A DNA stretch of 64,000 nt from Squalus acanthias. Lineage: Eukaryota. The stretch covers positions 39,744,001 to 39,808,000 of the forward strand of contig CM059432.1 in assembly GCA_030390025.1 (NCBI GenBank), read 5' to 3'. Positions 13,012 to 25,999 of the stretch are shown one piece after another. The notes beneath the pieces were generated by a model. That model was given only the letters and a program-made list of their open reading frames with translations. It made no database searches and was not told where the DNA came from. Each line of letters begins with the position of its first letter. Position 1 is the stretch's first letter. Position numbers and translations under genes: made by a program.

Positions 13012-15013
13012 AGGGCAATTTTTCGGGGGGTCAGTGGGCACGTTTGTTGGCGGGTCCGGTGGGAAAATAAAATTTTAATAGCAGGTCAGGAATCCACTGT
13101 CAACCCGCCACCATGCGACTTTCCTAGATGTTGGGTCTGTCAACGCTGAACAGACCCGACACGTAGCGGCGGGGGAGGCAATTTAGGTCATTATGACCTT
13201 GTTAGCAACCCATTTGACATGAATCTTGTCATTCATGTGGAAATGACTTATGAAATAATACTGGGCGGCCTGCTGGTGGCGCTGTCCAGGGAGAGTATAA
13301 ATACTCGGGCATAGGCCCAGCTTGCTCAGGACATTCTTTAACAGGAACTAGTGAAGGACACAACTAGATCTCCATGTTGAAAAACAGTTGATTAAAGCCT
13401 TGTTTAATACTCAGACCAAGTGCCTAGTAGTTTTCTTACGTCACCATTAAAGAGAATTTTGAGCTCACCTTTAAATTTTACGAGGTCGCCCACGGGTTCC
13501 CCGCTGCTCGGGGATCACGTCAGGTAATGAAGGCCAGGAGTTGTGTCACCATGAAATGATCTCTTTACTTGACAGCTGCAAATGTGCTATAAAAGCTCCC
13601 ATCTCACAGCTGCTCACTTTCCAAGCTCAGAAGCTGTTGCTTACTGCATTTGGAAGACAGATTGGGCTTTATGCAGGTTGCAAGTGTTTGGAGTAAACTC
13701 TCTATCCAGTGTCCTCATTGGAACAACCTCTCTCACCATTGACAGATCGCTTCTGTCATCTCAACCTCACCTGTCATCTATTACATCAACATCGGTGCCC
13801 TTGAAACTATCTCACCTTAGTCCTCAGAATCCCACCACAATCAGCCCCAACACCAGCAGCACCAGGCACACCAGCAGCACCAACAACAACACCAAGGTTC
13901 TCTGTAATCAACTGATGCTGCACAGGACCCAGGGCATCAGCACCCGACCACATTGCTGCCCGGGAGGCCAGCGATGGCCTCGCCATAGCCAGATGTACTT
14001 CACTTGATGCTGTACACCCTGGCTGCCACATGATGCGCCAGGTTGGCACCAGCCCACACCAACACCATAAAACATCCCTACAATGCCCAAGCCATTCCTT
14101 TCACACTCATCACCATTCTGGAGGGGTACTGTTAAGTCTCACCATTCACTGCAACTCAATAAGCCACTTCCAAAGGTGCACATAAATCTGTCCAAGAACA
14201 CAAAGTGTTGAAAATAAAGATTTCAATGTTTGACAGCACATTAACAGAAACTTCACATGAACATTGGCTAAAACACACAAGTGCCTACCCTTGTGTGTTA
14301 TTAGTTGGTATGATTGGACTAGGATGAGGGTGAGTGTGAGGGGTGCCTAGTGAGATGGGGAAGTGATAATGCAGATAGAGAAGGATGGGTGGAGGTGCAA
14401 GGTAAGTTGGTGTGAGTAAGGATGTGCAGGAGTAGGGTAGGGAAGGCAAAGTGATGGGAATGTGATGAGTGGCACAGCAGGATGAGGTTGAGTGTGGCTT
14501 TGCAGTAATGTTTCGTGAGCTACTGAGATCACTGCAGCCTGGTCCTCCTGATGACATCCCTGCTTGTGTCCTCCTGTGCAACGTGCAACCAGGCTGTGTT
14601 GGTCTCCTGGGGAGGTCTCTTCCGCTCATTGGAAGTGAAGAAGACCTCCCTGCATGCTGTGATTCCCTCCATAAGCATATGAAGAGAGTCATGGGAGAGC
14701 CTGGGTGCAGCTATGCACCTCTGCGCAGTGCTCGTCAGTGTTTGCAGCACTTCAATGCTATAGGCCACTGACAGCACAAATGTCAAAATCAATTTGCGCA
14801 TGGTCCCTTTAAAGAAACCGTCTGATGACACGTCATCAAGTGACGTCATCAGACCCGCTTCCTTCGATTGGCCGGCAAACGCGCTGGGCGGGCTTAACAA
14901 GCCCAATCAACGTAAAATCATTCTACAGAGCGGGCTGGAGCCAGCAGAGGGGTTGGGACCCGCCACCGACCCCGGCCGCCCCGGACCCGCCAAGGAAAGG
15001 GAAATCGCGGCCC
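13012..15013. mobile_element. Non-autonomous PIF/Harbinger derivative with a decayed Myb/SANT-like exon on the minus strand
   Basis: Right end GGAAATCGCGGCCC; degenerate left end; AAG at 13009-13011 and 15014-15016; peptide APRLSHDSLHMLMEGITACREVFF..W..VAQEDTSR..RT aligns with Myb exon 1 at 43073-43309. Confidence 0.65.
13215..13443 (+). mobile_element. Solo LTR (229 bp), copy 1
   Basis: TGAC...GTCA ends, 5-bp TSD CCATT, TATAAAT and ATTAAA inside; homologous to 28735-28961. Confidence 0.85.
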
Positions 15014-15929
15014 AAGTGTGGCCAAAGGATGGTGCTGGATGGCCTTGGATCAATTTTCTGTTCTGACTACATTCTGTCAACCTTGATTATGAACTCAATT
15101 CCTTGTGCTGGCCTCAAATCCACTGCCTTCTGACTCGAGACGAGAGTTCTACAAATTCACGTTTTAAGAATAAAATGACACTTTAAAATGATTTTAAATA
15201 AAATAGAGGAAAAAGAAAAATTCAAATTTTCTGTGGACTGGAACTATGTACCCCATCTGATCAGTATTTTATCAATTTCCATTCTGTTTGAATCCTACCA
15301 CAGGCAGCTACCAACTTATTATAAATTAATTCATCATAGAAAAGCAATTACTTTTAAAGTAGTAATTCATTTTGAAAAGCCGTCCAGAATGAGTTTCACA
15401 CTTTCTGGTAGATATGCATGTTCCTATAAAAGACAGGAAATTACTGTTCAGTTAACAGTTTTGTTATCTGTAAACCTCTGTTGCTGAAAAAATAGGAAGT
15501 GAGAATTTAACTCTGGTTTTGGTTTTCAGTTTCTGTAACAGAAACCAGGCCTGTACTGATGCATGTAGTTTTGTATTGCCAGCCAGATTAAGCTCGCTAA
15601 GAGCAGGTGACTCGCTTTAATTTGAATTTCCTTTCAGCTAAGTTGTGATGTGGATAACAGAATGTTTGGTCCAGGCTGCCATTTTTTGAATAGGATAAAA
15701 TAATATAGGTGTAAATCAGAGAGGAAATCAGACTGAGAAACAAGCAAAAGAAACAGGGGAGGAACAGACAGCAAGTAGCAATGTTGTTGTACCTAACCTG
15801 GTGTATGTAGCAAGTCCACCTCCTGAGGCTACTTGAAGAACAATATTTAAGACATACTAGGCAGTTATACTGGCTACATACAATCGTGTCCTCGAGCTTT
15901 CTCAAAAAATGCGATGCACCACTGCATAT

Positions 15930-16352
15930 GTACTGCATGCATTTTGGTAGGAAGAATAATGAGGTCACATACTCCTTGGAAAGTAAGAATCTAAATGGAG
16001 CAGAGGCGTAAAGGGATCTAGGGGCACCCATTCGGAATAGGCTCGAGGAGCTCAATGGCCTACTCCTGTTCCTATGTTCCTATTCCTATTCACAAATCAT
16101 TGAAAGTAGCAACGTAGGTTAACAAGGCCATAAAAAATGCAAACAAAACAGTGGGGTTCATTTCTAGGAGAATAGAATTGAAAATAGAGAAGTTATGTTA
16201 AACTTGTCTAGAACCTTGGTTAGCCCACACTTGGAGTACTGTGTACAGTTCTGGTCTCCATATTGCAAAAAGGATGTAGAGGCACTGGAGAAGGTGCAAG
16301 AAAGATTTCCAATGATGATACCAGAACTGAGAAATTATAACTATCAGGAAAA
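15930..16352 (+). mobile_element. CR1 fragment (+), interrupted at 16352 and resuming at ~18491
   Basis: cacttggagtactgtgtacagttctggtctcc; ends ...ataactatcaggaaaag and resumes tgaacaggctggggttc; contains a small CR1 3'-tail insert at ~16030-16090. Confidence 0.75.
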
Positions 16353-16451
16353 GTAGCTAGCATAATGCGTAACCTTTAGGTTATGATAGGTACGTACAGC
16401 CTAGCATTCTTTGACTTAGAGATGGACTTCCAATTCAATTACTTTATACGT

Positions 16452-18403
16452 AAGAACATAGGAACAGGAGTAGGCCATTTAGCCCCTCGAGCCTGTTCAG
16501 CCATTCAATGAGATCATGGCTGATCTGCGACCTAACTCCATATATCCGTCTTTGGCCCCTATCCCTTAATACCTTTGGTTAACAAAAATCTATCAATCTC
16601 AGATTTAAAATTAATAATTGATCTTGCATCAACTGCCGTTTGTGTAAAAGAGTTTCAAACTTCTACCACCCTTTGTGTGTAGAAGTGTTTCCTAACTTCA
16701 TTCCTGAAAGGTCTGGCTCTAATTTTTAGACTATGCACCCTAGTCCTAGATTCCCCAACCAGCAGAAATAGTTTCTCTCTATCTACCCTATCTGTTCCCC
16801 TTAATATCCTGAAAACTTTGATCAAATCATCCCTTAACCTTCTAAATTCCAGGGAATACAACCAACGTTCCCTCTAAGCTACATAGCCCAGGATCGGCTT
16901 TTCAACTCTGAAATTTCGCGCATGTGCAAAACTTTGAATGGGCCATGCAACCCGTCAAAGGGACCTCATATGACCAAAAAATTAGGGGGAACTTTGAATA
17001 CAACCATAGTTTGTGTAATCTCTCTGCATAATTTAACCCTTGGAGTCAGGTATCATTCTGGTAAATCTACGCTGCACTCCCTCCAAGGCCAGTATATCCT
17101 TCCTAAGGTGCAGTGCCCAGAACTGCTCAGAGTACTCCAGGAGTGGTCTAACCAGGGTTTTGTATAGCTGTAGCATAACATCTACCCCCTTGTATTCTAG
17201 TCTTCTAGATATAAAGGCTAGCATTCCATTGATTATTTTCTGCACCTGTTCATGACATTTTAATGATCTGTGTTTCTAGCTTTTCACCAGTTAGAAAGTA
17301 CTCTGTTATATCCTTTTTAGGTCCAAAGTGGGTGACTTCACATTTGCCTATATTGAAATCCATTTGCCACAGTTTTGCCCATTCACTTAATCTATTTATA
17401 TCTCTTTGTAATTTTAAGCTTCCATCTATACTGCTTACAGTGCTATCTATCTTTGTGCCATCGGCAAACTAGGATTGCGTGGCTCTCTATCCCATCATCT
17501 AAGTCGTTAATAAATGCGGTGAAAAGTTGAGGCCCCAATACTGATCCTTGCGGGACACCACTAATCACATCCTGCCAATTAGAGTACCTGCCAATTAGAG
17601 TACCTGCCCATTATCCCTACACTCTGGGCTGGATTTTGATACTGGGGCAGGTTGGGGTCGTGTCATCCACTTTTCGTGTTATTCACCCGACTGCAATTGG
17701 ATGTGGGAGATTGATGCAATTTTCACCTCATTGGGCAATTGAGTTCCAGCATGTGGGAAGCCATGAACTAATTAATGTTTTCAGTCTGAACGTCGCCTTT
17801 GATGATGTCATCATTACTGCATTGAAAGTCTTCAGAGACTGCCTGGCCTTTGCTGTGAGAGGACCTGGATGCAAAATGAGCAGCAGCAGCCCTGAGAGAG
17901 AGAGAGAGAGAGAAAGAGAAAGAGAAAGAGAGAGAGACACTTTCCTTTGCTGTGAGAGGACCTGAAGGCAAAATGAGCAGCAGCAGCCCTAGGTCTGCTC
18001 CCAGATATTGTTCCTACTACTACTCCATTGTAATAGTGCACCTGCAGCTGATAGTCAGCTTTCGAAATGTGTTACCGCCAGGTTTCACATTCGTGGTTCA
18101 CAACAGGCGTGTTTCGCGTAGAACAAGTGTTAAAATCACAAAGGCCTTTCAAAATGGCATTGTAGAGCCAATTTAGTGCTTGTTAAGGGCCTTAACAGCC
18201 TATCCCGCCTCTTAAAGGCGGGACGGAGTCGGGACCAGCAGACATGATTTAATGAAAATTGCGTGGAGGCGGGATGGAGGCAGACTTGTGCCCGCCCACC
18301 AGTTTTCGCAATTTTAACCCCCCACATGCCTCCAAACCCGCCTCCACGGGTCAATGAAAATCCAGCCCTCTGTCTCCTGCTGTTCAGTCAATTTCCTAAC
18401 CAG
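16452..18403 (-). mobile_element. CR1 fragment (-), interrupted by the MITE at 17626-18368
   Basis: Tail aagaacataggaacagg; ORF2 C-terminal peptides (YSLEFRRLR, LYKTLVRPLLEY). Confidence 0.85.
17626..18368. mobile_element. Harbinger-type MITE
   Basis: Perfect 12-bp TIR GGGCTGGATTTT/AAAATCCAGCCC, 3-bp TSD TCT; internal ~47-bp direct repeat flanking a (GA)n tract. Confidence 0.85.
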
Positions 18404-18490
18404 ATAAAAGATGTAATACAAATACATAGGAAAACAGTTGGAGAGAAAAAAAGGCAGCCAGAAAGGAACAGCATCAGTGATTATGTCATG

Positions 18491-18910
18491 TGAACAGGCT
18501 GGGGTTCTTTTCTCTAGAAAAGAGAAGGCTGAGGGGTGACCTAATAGAGGTCTTTACAAATTATGAAGGGGTTTGATAGGGTAGATGTAGAGAAGATCTT
18601 TCCACTTGTGGGGGAGTCCAAAACTAGGGGCCATAAATATAAGATAGTCACTAATACATCCAGTAAGGAATTCAGGAGAAACTTCTTTCCCCACAGAGTG
18701 GTTAGAATGTGGAACTTGCTACCACGTGGAGTAGTTGAGGCGAATAGCACAGATGTATTTAAGGGAAGCTAGATAAGTACATGAATGAGAAAGGATAGAA
18801 GGATATGCTGACCGGTGTTAGATGAGGTTGAGTGGGAGGAGGCTCGTGTGGAGCATAAACACCAGCATAGACCTGTTGGGCTGAATGACCTGTTTCTGTG
18901 CTGTAAATTC
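18491..18910 (+). mobile_element. CR1 3' end (continuation of 15930-16352)
   Basis: KGFDRVD..RRNFFPHRVVRMWNLLP and CR1 3'UTR ending tgtgctgtaaattcta. Confidence 0.85.
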
Positions 18911-19067
18911 TATATCATTCCATACGGATGTGGATGTTCCCAGTTTCAGAGGATGCCAAAGAATGCTCGGCTGTACGTACCTATCATAACCTAAATGTTA
19001 CATGTTGTGCTGGCTACTTTTCCATTTGTCAATCCAAGAAATTTGATGTGTCCTGGAAAGTATATAT

Positions 19068-20181
19068 ACATAGAAACATAGAAGATAGGAGCAGGAGTAG
19101 GCCATTCGGCCCCTCGAGCCTGCTCCGCCATTCAATGCGATCATGGCTGATCATCCAAATTCAGTACCCTGTCCCTGCTTTCTCCCCATATCTCTTGATC
19201 CCCTTAGCCTTAAGAAATATATCTAACTCCTTCTTGAATATATTTAATGAATTGGCCTCAACTGCCTTCTGTGGTAGAGAATTCCACAGGTTCACCATTC
19301 CCTGGGTGAAGAAATTCCTCCTCATCTCAGTCCTAAATGGTTTACCCCTTATCCTTAGACTGTGACCCTTGGTTCTGGACTCCCCCGCCATCGGAAACAG
19401 CCTTCCTGCATCTAGTCTATCTAGTCCTGTTAGAATTTTATAAGTTTCAATGAGATCCCCTCTCATTCTTCTAAACTCTAGCGAATAGAAGCCTAATCGA
19501 CCCAATCTCTCTTCATACGTCATTCCTGCCATCCCAGGTATCAGTCTGGTGAATCTTCGCTGCACTCCCTCCATGGCAAGAACATCCTTCCTCAGATAAG
19601 GCGACCAAAACTGCACACAATACTCAAGGTGTGGTCTCACCAAGGCCCTGTACAACTGCAGCAAGACATCCTTGCTCCTGTACTCGAATCCTCTCGCTAT
19701 GAAGGCCAACATACCATTTGCCTTCTTAACCGTCTGCTGCACCTGCATGCTTACCTTCAGCGACTGGTGCACAAGGATACCCAGGTCTCATTGCACTTCC
19801 CCTTTTCCCAATCTATTGCCGTTCAGATAATAATCTGCCTTCCTGTTTTTGCCACCAAAGTGGATAACCTCGCATTTATCCACACTATACTGCATCTGCC
19901 ATGCATCTGCCCAATCACCCAACCTGTCCAAATCATACTGGAGTTTCTCTGCATCCTCCTCACAGCACACACGCCCACCCAGCTTTGTGTCATCTGCAAA
20001 CTTGGAGATATTACATCTAGTTCCCTCTTCTAGATCATTAATATATATTGTGAATAACTGGAGTCCTAGCACCGATCCCTGCGGTACCCCACTAGTCACT
20101 GCCTGCCACTCGGAAAAAGACCCGTTTATTACAACTCTTTGCTTCCTGTCTGCCAACCAGTTTTCTATCCAAGTCAGTACC
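19068..20181 (-). mobile_element. CR1 LINE 3' portion
   Basis: (CATAGAAA) tail; RT motifs [26 protein letters not shown]. Confidence 0.9.
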
Positions 20182-20895
20182 TTATCCGTGTGGATGCCTC
20201 CTATCGGAAAAAAATCTACACTCTTACCTGAGGGCTCCCGAGGTCTGGACACTTCCAATCATGGGCCTCTCCACAGTCGAAATGCACAGGGCTCACGTAT
20301 TCCAGGGGCGCAGGCAGTTTGTAAGCGTCCCTGGGATCACGTGGGCCAGGTGAGCCAATAGGAGAAGGGAATCCCCTTGATACTTTTGACAGATAGACCT
20401 GTCAAATATATGAATGGGGATCACCCCAAAAACACATCAAAACATTAAATAAATTTTAAAAAAAACATCACATTTTTAAAATGAGTTAAAATTACATTAA
20501 ATTAAATATTTTAAACAAAAATTTAATTTTTTGAAAAAATAATTAAAGTTTTTTATGGGGCTAAAAATAAACTTACCTTTTTTAAAAGTATTTTTAAATT
20601 ATAAATGAGTGAAAAATTTTTTTTTACTTTTTTTAAACTCTTATGCTGGTAAAAGCAGGCCTTACACATGCTTTTACCAGGTGTAAGATTTCTAAGGGTT
20701 TTCAGCAGGCGGAGGTTCTGCAGAAAGCGGAACTCTCCGCCCGCAGAGGCCCTTCTCCAGGGCAGGCGGCGATCTGTCAAGAGGATTCTTGACAGATCGG
20801 TAATGCCAGTTTTCAGCTTCGCATGCCTGAAACCGGCATTTCCGATGTCCCTACGGGTGTGCACACAGCCCGTAGGCATCGGAAAATACGGGCCC
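20182..20895. mobile_element. Harbinger-type MITE, left end lost
   Basis: Right end GGAAAATACGGGCCC; GC-rich flanks with an AT-rich core similar to 21175-21939 and 51400-52160. Confidence 0.6.
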
Positions 20896-21174
20896 ATGTG
20901 TTACACTGGATTCAAAACAATCCTAGTCGCCTGCTTGACAACCAGTTGCCTGGATCAGCGGTGGTGATGCAGTTGGAGATGGGTTTCAATTCAATTACTT
21001 TATACGTAGAAATCCATGGTACATTTAAGCCATTGTGAACATAATAGCAAGAATCGTAGTACAAAAAAGATATAATGCAAATACGTAGGAAAACAGTTGG
21101 AGAGAAATAAAGGCAGTCAGAAAGGAACATCATCAGTGATTATGTCATGTGACAGAAAGAAAATAAAACACAAT

Positions 21175-21939
21175 GGCCCAAAAATTCGGCCATTCCCGGG
21201 TGAGTACTCAGTGCGTACTCACCCGTATTGCTTTCCGAAGTGCCGGTTTCCTGCATGCACTGCGCATGCGCGGGAAACCAGCACTTCCGGTATGGTGAAG
21301 GGGGCGGTTCCTAGGTGAACCGCGTGTGCGCTAGAGGCTGCGCGCACGCAGCACACTTAGATTTTTTTTCAGGTTTCTACGCGAGGGTAAGTATTGAAGA
21401 TTCTCCGCTAGTAAAAAGGAGGCGTAAGACCCCTTTTGAACAAGGTAAGTGGTTAATTAAGTATAATTTAAAAAAAATTTCAACAGATTTATCTTTTTTA
21501 GATACTTTAAAGAAAGGTAAGTTTATTTTTATCACTTTTAAAAAGTATTTTAATTTTTTCAAAAATTTACATTTTTGTTTAAAGTGGTTAATTTATTTAG
21601 CTATAGTTATTTTATAAATGTGATGGTTTTTAAAAAAAAATTATTTTAAGTTTAGCTGTTCTTTTGGGGCCGATTTCAATTCACAGATTTGACAGGTCTC
21701 CTGTCAAATCTATGAATGAAAGATGGTCTGCTGCCATTGGCTCTCCATGGCCCATGTGATCCCAGGGGTCGCATCGCACTAACTGCGCCCCTGGAACACG
21801 CAAGCACTGCGCGCTGGCTCTTGGGAGAGGCCCAGGACCCGAAGTTCCTGTGGGCCCAAAACACAACGGCAGGCGCGGTGGGTAAGAGCGCGCGCGATCC
21901 TTACCCCCGCGACAAGCCGGCCACGCGAATTTCTAGGCC
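21175..21939 (+). mobile_element. Harbinger-type MITE (765 bp)
   Basis: Ends GGCCCAAAAATTCG / CGAATTTCTAGGCC, TSD AAT; reverse-complement homolog at 51400-52160. Confidence 0.85.
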
Positions 21940-22519
21940 AATAGTGGCAGAATGGAAAATGTGTAGAAAATAATTGCTTCTAACCTATTCAGGAAGACAG
22001 ACACCTTTTTCTACCACCCACACCTCACTATCTTCAGTAATAGCTGATACTAGAAAAGAAAGTTTAATTTATATTGATTGCATAATGCTTTCTGCGTGTT
22101 GTTTACTGTCCAACAGGTTAGAGGATCAGCATCTACAATCAGCTCTTTTAAAGTGAGTTCAACATTCCTGGTTTCATTGGTGTTCGATCAGTGATCGAAT
22201 TTCAATACTGAATAAAATAAATAGTATTACTGCAAATAATATCAAATATTTTCCAGACAATATTGGCATTATTAATGTAACCTTAAGCTAATAGCACTTT
22301 TTGTCAATTTCTGCAGCAATTTTAGTAAGTTAACTATGTGGTGGCAATACAAATAAATAATTTTTTTGACTGAAATACATTTACAACCAAAGCTTATAAC
22401 TGCTTCAGTTGTGTAAAGCCTACAAATGTTTCAGCTCATATTTTATTGTGGCTCACAAGGATCTGTCTGAATTTTTAAATTCATAATATAGTCGCCTGAC
22501 ACTCACTATAAATTGGGAT

Positions 22520-23050
22520 GAGCTCAGCTCCCCAAACAGCCAGCCTCTTACTCGTTGTGCAGGGGGAATGGAGGATGCAGTCACTAAGGCCCTGAACTTG
22601 GGTTGAATCCTGCAAACTCTATGAATCCCATAGTCCTATCCTACTGGTTCCAGTTGCCCATGGGGAAATTATAAAAGTGTTTGCTTTAACAAACATGGCA
22701 TCAGTCACCTGCTTAATACAAGCATGAACTACAGATTGACTGATGTTGCTGATATCACCAGTGACAACCTGGAAGTAGCTGGAGGCAAAGACATTCAGGG
22801 CTGCAGTAGCCTTGACTGCAACAGGCAATGCTGTTCTAGTTGTGGTAGTTGGTTGCAGGTCTTGTTGCAGGAGGGCAAACAACTCTGTGACAACCTCTCT
22901 AGAGAAACATAGCTTCCTTCTGCACTGCTCTTCAGAGAAGTGCAGGTATGTTGTCCTGGGCCTATACACTTTGTTGGAAGGGTAAGGATTCCTCTAAGCA
23001 TGCCTCCTTCTATCTGTTCTACCCAGAAACCCCTTAAAAGTTCAGAATTT
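22520..23050 (-). pseudogene. Decayed Harbinger transposase N-terminal fragment
   Basis: YLHFSEEQCRRKLCFSREVVTEL..LQQDLQP..LPVAVKATAALN..GDISNISQ aligns with the transposase at 39961-41124. Confidence 0.85.
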
Positions 23051-23338
23051 TATGTAGCCACTTCAAGCACTTTAAAACCATGTAAGTGCTGTGAATTGAA
23101 AAGTTGTAGTTACCTCTTGAACCAATAAAGATAGTGAAGCCAACTGTACCGTGGTGTGTTCTTTACCTGCTGCCTAATCATAAAATGTTACAGCACAGGA
23201 AAAGATCATTTGACCCGTCAAGTCTGTTTCTGTTTTTCTCCATATAAGCCATTTACTCTTTAATATTCCTCTTTTTCAAGCAACTACCTGCTTCCCTTTT
23301 AAGAGAGCTTATGGGCTTTGCTTAAACAACTTCATGTT

Positions 23339-24246
23339 CTGATGAAGGGTCATCGACCTGAAATGTTGGGCTGGATTTTGCCAGCCGAGAAGAGTTGGGG
23401 GCGGGACTGCTGCCTTCCGGGTTCTAGTCACACCCCCAGCGACGTATGATGAATCCACGCTATTTTCCCTTGATTGGCCTTGTTTACCAGCCAATTAAGG
23501 GAAAGCCGGTGACAGATGATGTCAGTGTATGACGCTTCATCTGTTGAAAAATTTTTGACAGATGAATTGTCAGCGTTTGACAGCTTTGAGAAGCTGTCAA
23601 ACACTGACAATCTCTGTTCTAAGGTGAGCCCTTGCACAAAGGCTCACCAAAACCTCTCTCCTCAGCAGAAAACAGATGGCTGCTGAATCTGAGAATGCAG
23701 CAGCCATTCTGTCATCTCTGCCGTTGAGATCAGGAACCTCCAGATCCTCAACAGTTGAAGCCTGCAGAAAGAAGCAAAGGTAAGGAAACTTTTTTTAAAA
23801 ACTTTACACTCACCTCTCATACTTACCTGTCCACACTTGCACACATTACTCACCTCTACATCTGACATTTCGGTCTCTCAGACCCACTGCTCGCCTCTCT
23901 GACTCTGGCGAGGATCGCAGCCGTCGGGAAGCCCGCAATTGCAGGTGTAAAATGGGGAAAAGCCTCAAAACTGCCTGTTAACAGGCAGTTAATTGGCTCT
24001 AATCCCCTTCCCGCCTCGAGGAGACCGGTCCCTGCGCAACTCGGGGACCCGCCTCCCGGGAAGATGGCATGGAGGTGGGTTGGGAGCGGGGTTGGTCCCC
24101 GCTCCCAGTTTCTGCCATTTTCCCGGCAGTCCCGCCTCCAAACCCGCCTCCTCAGGGCTGGGAAAATTCCCACCGTTAACTCTGTTTCTCTCTCCACAGA
24201 TGCTGCCTGACCTGCTGAGTATTTCCAGCATTTTCTGTTTATATTT
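23339..24246 (+). mobile_element. Short Penelope-like terminal fragment with a hammerhead core, split by a MITE
   Basis: ctgatgaagggtcatcgacctgaaatgtt | MITE | gttaactctgtttctctctccacagatgctgcc...; same sequence as 54818-54915. Confidence 0.7.
23368..24174. mobile_element. Harbinger-type MITE
   Basis: Left end GGGCTGGATTTTGCCAGCC, right end GGGCTGGGAAAATTCCCACC, 3-bp TSD GTT. Confidence 0.8.
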
Positions 24247-24993
24247 CATGTTTACAAATGTGTCAAACTAGTTTTGACCTCATGTACATGTTGCTGTGAA
24301 CAATTAAACCATTTTACACCAGACATTATCAAAAGGATGCTAAAATAGAGGGGCAGATCACTTGTGACCCAGTACGGAGCTGCCGGGACTGATGCTCCTT
24401 CGGTGTTGGCCTCACCTGCACCTACACATGCTGACCTGGCATGATAATGTGAAGTCAGCTCATTTCATGAACTTAGTGGCCTCCTGGCACTGGGAGCACC
24501 ACCAAGATTGGGGCGGAGGGCAGCATGTTGAGTGTCAGCAACAACTGAAGGGATGCTGGTTACCTGTAAAGAATGGGAATTTTTATTTTTGGGGGAAACA
24601 AAGTTCCCACTGAAGAACTGGCTGCCGGCAGCCAAGTTACAGGTGGGACTAAAAGGAAGGGTGGCCCCATTATAAGAAGAACATTTTTACACTTTTACAG
24701 CAAGCTCCTCCAGCTCTTAGGACCGAGTGGCCCTTGTTCAACTAATTTTCACAGGGAACCCTTCTCCAATTCGTATTCAAAGTTCTCGTTTTTAATGTTT
24801 GCTGCAATCACCAAGATCTGTTCCAAATGGGTGTTTTGTGTCTGGACCACTGCTCAGAGACTTCAGTCGCTTTAGGGGGAGGACTCCCAACTTAAATCAT
24901 TATTGTGGCATCACAGTTCAGGATCTTTTAACCACAGAAAAGATTTGGCAAAATTAAAGTTCCTTTATATGTTATGTTGTAAAAGCATTGTGT

Positions 24994-25105
24994 ATACATT
25001 ACAACAGTGACTAAAAGTTCAAAAAGTACTTAATTGGCTGTAAAGTGCTTTGGGACGTCCGGTGGTCATGAAAGGCACTATATAAATGCAAGTCTTTCTT
25101 TTTTT
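24994..25105 (+). mobile_element. Deu-SINE/L2-type 3' tail fragment
   Basis: tacattacaacagtgact...tgtaaagtgctttgggacgtcc...tatataaatgcaagtctttc; reverse complement of the tail at 54120-54240. Confidence 0.7.
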
Positions 25106-25999
25106 TTCCTGCAAGAAAGAAAAAGGCACTGAGACTGTGGATAGTTAAGATGCTAATGAGTTAGCTTTGATGTTGTTTCCCCATAGACTGCAAATAATAA
25201 GCAGTTCCGTAGTTTTTCTCCATAATCATGTTGAAAACGTTTTCATTTCTTTCTGAATGAAGTCAGGAATAAAGCAGAGTTACAGACACCTGAAGGACAG
25301 TCTAGCTTTTACTACTATTAGAAACGTATAAGCAGCTGGATCACTTGGAATTTGCACTAGTCGTAGTTATACTGAAGCCTTTATAAAGCAAAATTGTCAG
25401 GGTCTAATCATATTGTATCACATTTATTTGATGCAATACAACCAGATTATAAGAGCCACCCCAACTACCAACAGACAAGCAAACTGGTAATGTTAGTACA
25501 ATAAGCCAATGTAGGGTCCACTAGGCTGAGACACATTGACTATATTAGATATTTAAACACAAACCTTCTTTCAATCTTTAAAAGTCTTGGACAGAATAGC
25601 AATAACAAGCAATTTCTTTGTACATACAGTTGACAGTAGGGCTGTTTTTTTTTGTCCAATCCAGAGGCAGAATAGGAGCCAGTTGGTGTTGGGATCATCA
25701 TCTGAGAAGAATGGCCAGCACGAATTTCAAATCCGCAGCAACCAATTACACGCCGCAACACCAGCGGACGTTGTGAAATCAGGAGGGTTTCCATTATCCC
25801 TTAGATAACAATATGATGACAAAATGGCACTGAGACCACAGTTACACAGAAATAGGTGAAATAAACTAACTCCAGTTTTAAAACCAGATTTTCATGTCTG
25901 GTCTGTTTTACATTTAAGACATTTTATATATGACCTACTTAGAAACTATATTATCTAGTCCAAAACAAGACAGATATCAACCTATCCAACAATAGCATT

